Shown: positions 33,507 to 36,114 of the stretch, piece after piece
Numbering within the stretch: the first letter of the stretch is position 1
Layout of the letters: each line of letters starts with the position of its first letter
Source: Nemertoderma westbladi
Lineage: Eukaryota > Animalia > Xenacoelomorpha
Reading direction: 5' to 3'
NCBI GenBank assembly: GCA_032718475.1
Contig: JAUCBJ010003465.1
Coordinates: forward strand, 1 to 36,114
Length of the DNA stretch: 36,114 nucleotides
Translations under genes and position numbers: made by a program
Notes under the pieces: model-generated
Told to the model about the DNA's origin: nothing
Database searches by the model: none
What the model saw: the letters and a program-made list of their open reading frames with translations, nothing else

Positions 33507-36114
33507 ATGATGAGATGGCATTTAATCTTGTGGTTTATGTTCCACATCCAAGGATGTTTAAGTCGAATAGATGATCTGCAGGCTATGATGCATCACCACC
33601 ACAAGAAACGCGATAATGTCGTCAACTTATATGAGTATAAAAACAAAGTTGACTTCGCTCTTGAAATTGTCGACAAGATTACGAATGACGTCATCATTAC
33701 TGACAATGTACACATATTGATCGGAACCGAAGTAAACTGGAACTGTAGAGTTTCGCAATCCGTAAATAATAATAACACCCTCAAACATATTGTCTGGCTA
33801 AAAAATGGTGAAATATTTTTTACTTCGCCAAACCTGAATTTTCCCCATGTTACCTTGGAAAATAGTGGAGAGTATAGATGTATTACTCCACCAATGGGAC
33901 CAAACGCACAAAAATCCATTGCAGTAAAACTATCTGTGACACATGTCATTTGCAAAGCATTATTAAGATTTGATCAAAAATTGTACATTCCAAATAACCA
34001 GTCACTGACTCTAGTGGTACAAAACGGTTCAAGTATCTTAGGAAGTTGGGAATCTGAAGTGGTCACTGGACTAAGAATGACATATATCTGGGACATAGAA
34101 GACAAAGTTTACAATACTAAAGACATCCAATACAATGTCACCCATCAAGTGATACTCAAAACAAATGCTACTTGCACCGTTGGGGGTTATTCTGATACAA
34201 CCAATAACATCGATTTTGTTATCGTTCCTGCATTTTGCGACGAAATTGTGTTGATTATTGATAGTAAACATTCCAATCGTTCACTTCTATATGAGTTCCA
34301 GGAAAACCAGAGGGTGAATCTGGATTGGAAATACAACTCGAATACAAATGTTAGTTTCGAAATCAAGGGCCCCAACTTTTCATCAGTTTTGACTAATTCT
34401 ATAATTAATTTGAGTCGAAAAAATAGTGGACACTTCAATGCAGTAGCTACTTGTGATTCTTTTAATACTTCGTTCTCGAGGGATTTTGATCTTCGAGTAC
34501 TTTTCACGCCAGTAGTAGTTGCAATAAAAGATAGAAACACATATACCCAAGGCAGCTTGGCAATGCTCTCATGTCTCACTAGAAGCTACCCAGGTGTCAT
34601 TAACGTTAATGTTTCAAATGATGGAGTACAATGGTATAAGAGAAATAACAGTGGCAACTTTAAAGTTAATAATGAAATAGTTGATTATGACATCATTAAT
34701 AATGTTACGGAAGATATTGATGACACCGGGTTCATTGTAGCTATAGTAACTCAGTCAACACTAAGCATTAACGAATTAAACGAAAATGATGAAGGTTTTT
34801 ATACTTGCATATTCTTAAATATTGTTGGAAAGGGAAGTAAAGTATTAGAATTAAAAGTAGAAACCAAAGCTATAATAATGACTCCAATATTTGCCACTTT
34901 TGGTTTGATGTTATTGATAATACTTTCATTATTATTATTTTGTGTTTGGTATAAATCAAAATTCAAAGTATGGCCAATTAAATTCTTATTGATGTTAAAG
35001 AGTAGAACAAGTTCCACTAAGACATTCATTGAAAACGATGAAGAAACTGACAAACAACAAGCCCGCAACTCGACACAGAATGTGTATGGTTGTGTTTATC
35101 CTCTGGATGATGCATATCAGCCTGTCATATCTGACTACAGAAATACTAAACTTGAAGTTTCTATGGAAATGTACAATGGCTTTGATGCCAAACTCAGTCA
35201 CAAAATGTCTTTCGATAACCCAAATTTTGACGATGATGGGGCAATTTCATTGAGTGGTTTAGAATCATGTTCAATGATTGGTAGTCTTCCTCCAGCATCA
35301 TGCTCGGAATTTGGTGATGAAGAGGAAGACAAAAAGACTAAAGAGTCCTGTAGAGGTCGCCAACATTCATTGGTTAATAATGAATCAGCATTAAAATCAT
35401 TAGCAAACAGTGTCCAAGGTACCGCAGTAAAAACTCCCAATCAAGACTATGAAGAAGCCCATAGTGCTGAAATAAACGATCATGTTTTTTCAGGTTATAG
35501 AGATTCAAAAAACCTTAGACCGGATTCCTCATTTTATGATGATGCCGCCAGTTGCTCACGTAAATCACAGACTGTTGAAGATGAACCTATATATGAGCCC
35601 GTTACACCCAAGCAACATCCTAACATATCAGATAATCCTGTACTGAAAATGCTTCACGAACGCAAATCTTCACGTGCAGAGAGTTTCAAGTCTAATCGTA
35701 GTGCGAAATCAACTGACACCAGATCTCTTTCCGAATCCCATTACGAGGATGTAGCACCACATACCCCTGCATCTATTAAGCACCGCTCACTGCCACGGAT
35801 ACCCTTACGATATCATAACAAACCAACAATTATTACCCCCCTTCCAAATCAGCTGGTTTTCTCAACTAATGTACTGGCCGAAATTCGAAGTGAAGGCAAA
35901 AGACGAACAAGCCACCAAATACAAAATACATTCCCTCCATCTGAAGCCAACGACGATTGCACACGTCCGGAATATGTTGTTTTAGATCGCAGTGGGGAAA
36001 TATCAAATGATGAGTATTTGGAGCCACTTCCTGTAGCAGCTGCTCGACAAAGTAATGGGAATTTACCAGATTATTATGTTTTAGATAAAAATAGAGAATC
36101 AGCAATTGAATTGG
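33507..36114 (+). CDS. Immunoglobulin-superfamily type I membrane receptor (>869 aa, open at window end), no intron in the visible CDS
   Basis: Missing from the ORF track because there is no stop in the window. Signal peptide MMRWHLILWFMFHIQGCLS; Ig domains (WNC..VWLKNG..ENSGEYRC and LSC..QWY..STLSINELNENDEGFYTC); many NxS/T sites; TM IFATFGLMLLIILSLLLFCVWY followed by KSKFK (~34870-34965); long low-complexity cytoplasmic tail with Tyr motifs. Confidence 0.9.
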   Translation, partial: MMRWHLILWFMFHIQGCLSRIDDLQAMMHHHHKKRDNVVNLYEYKNKVDFALEIVDKITNDVIITDNVHILIGTEVNWNCRVSQSVNNNNTLKHIVWLKNGEIFFTSPNLNFPHVTLENSGEYRCITPPMGPNAQKSIAVKLSVTHVICKALLRFDQKLYIPNNQSLTLVVQNGSSILGSWESEVVTGLRMTYIWDIEDKVYNTKDIQYNVTHQVILKTNATCTVGGYSDTTNNIDFVIVPAFCDEIVLIIDSKHSNRSLLYEFQENQRVNLDWKYNSNTNVSFEIKGPNFSSVLTNSIINLSRKNSGHFNAVATCDSFNTSFSRDFDLRVLFTPVVVAIKDRNTYTQGSLAMLSCLTRSYPGVINVNVSNDGVQWYKRNNSGNFKVNNEIVDYDIINNVTEDIDDTGFIVAIVTQSTLSINELNENDEGFYTCIFLNIVGKGSKVLELKVETKAIIMTPIFATFGLMLLIILSLLLFCVWYKSKFKVWPIKFLLMLKSRTSSTKTFIENDEETDKQQARNSTQNVYGCVYPLDDAYQPVISDYRNTKLEVSMEMYNGFDAKLSHKMSFDNPNFDDDGAISLSGLESCSMIGSLPPASCSEFGDEEEDKKTKESCRGRQHSLVNNESALKSLANSVQGTAVKTPNQDYEEAHSAEINDHVFSGYRDSKNLRPDSSFYDDAASCSRKSQTVEDEPIYEPVTPKQHPNISDNPVLKMLHERKSSRAESFKSNRSAKSTDTRSLSESHYEDVAPHTPASIKHRSLPRIPLRYHNKPTIITPLPNQLVFSTNVLAEIRSEGKRRTSHQIQNTFPPSEANDDCTRPEYVVLDRSGEISNDEYLEPLPVAAARQSNGNLPDYYVLDKNRESAIEL

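Noticed and set aside
33593-36105. Short track ORFs in this region (minus strand, and 35029-35253 on plus)
   Set aside because: They are shadows of the long plus-strand Ig receptor ORF.
1-36114. Prokaryotic or viral origin, tRNA or rRNA genes
   Set aside because: Low coding density, eukaryotic transposon families, a 3' UTR SECIS and a spliceosomal-type intron argue against it. No tRNA or rRNA pattern was recognised by eye.

Overview
AT-rich eukaryotic DNA, most likely an invertebrate animal, dominated by decayed and nested transposable elements. It carries three apparently intact host genes whose visible coding sequences lack introns. The main result is that the two minus-strand ORFs at 20518-21693 and 20164-20502 are one selenoprotein N (SELENON) gene of 509 aa. 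It is read through an in-frame UGA in the SCUG motif, with an SRE-like hairpin 5 nt after the UGA and a type II SECIS in the 3' UTR (20033-20110). The other host genes are a divergent OCIA-domain-like gene (14951-15631) and a >869-aa Ig-superfamily type I receptor with a tyrosine-rich tail (33507 to window end), which the ORF track missed. Mobile DNA includes the 5' part of an LTR retrotransposon with a non-tRNA, possibly self-priming PBS. There are also IS3EU-like, hATm-like, P/THAP and rosa-type (DD41D) transposase relics, piggyBac- and Kolobok-like TTAA elements, a four-level nested insertion (exact 5-bp TSDs on both LTRs), and several satellites, including a 2-kb array of a 40-bp unit upstream of SELENON. 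All calls were made by eye, with no database searches.
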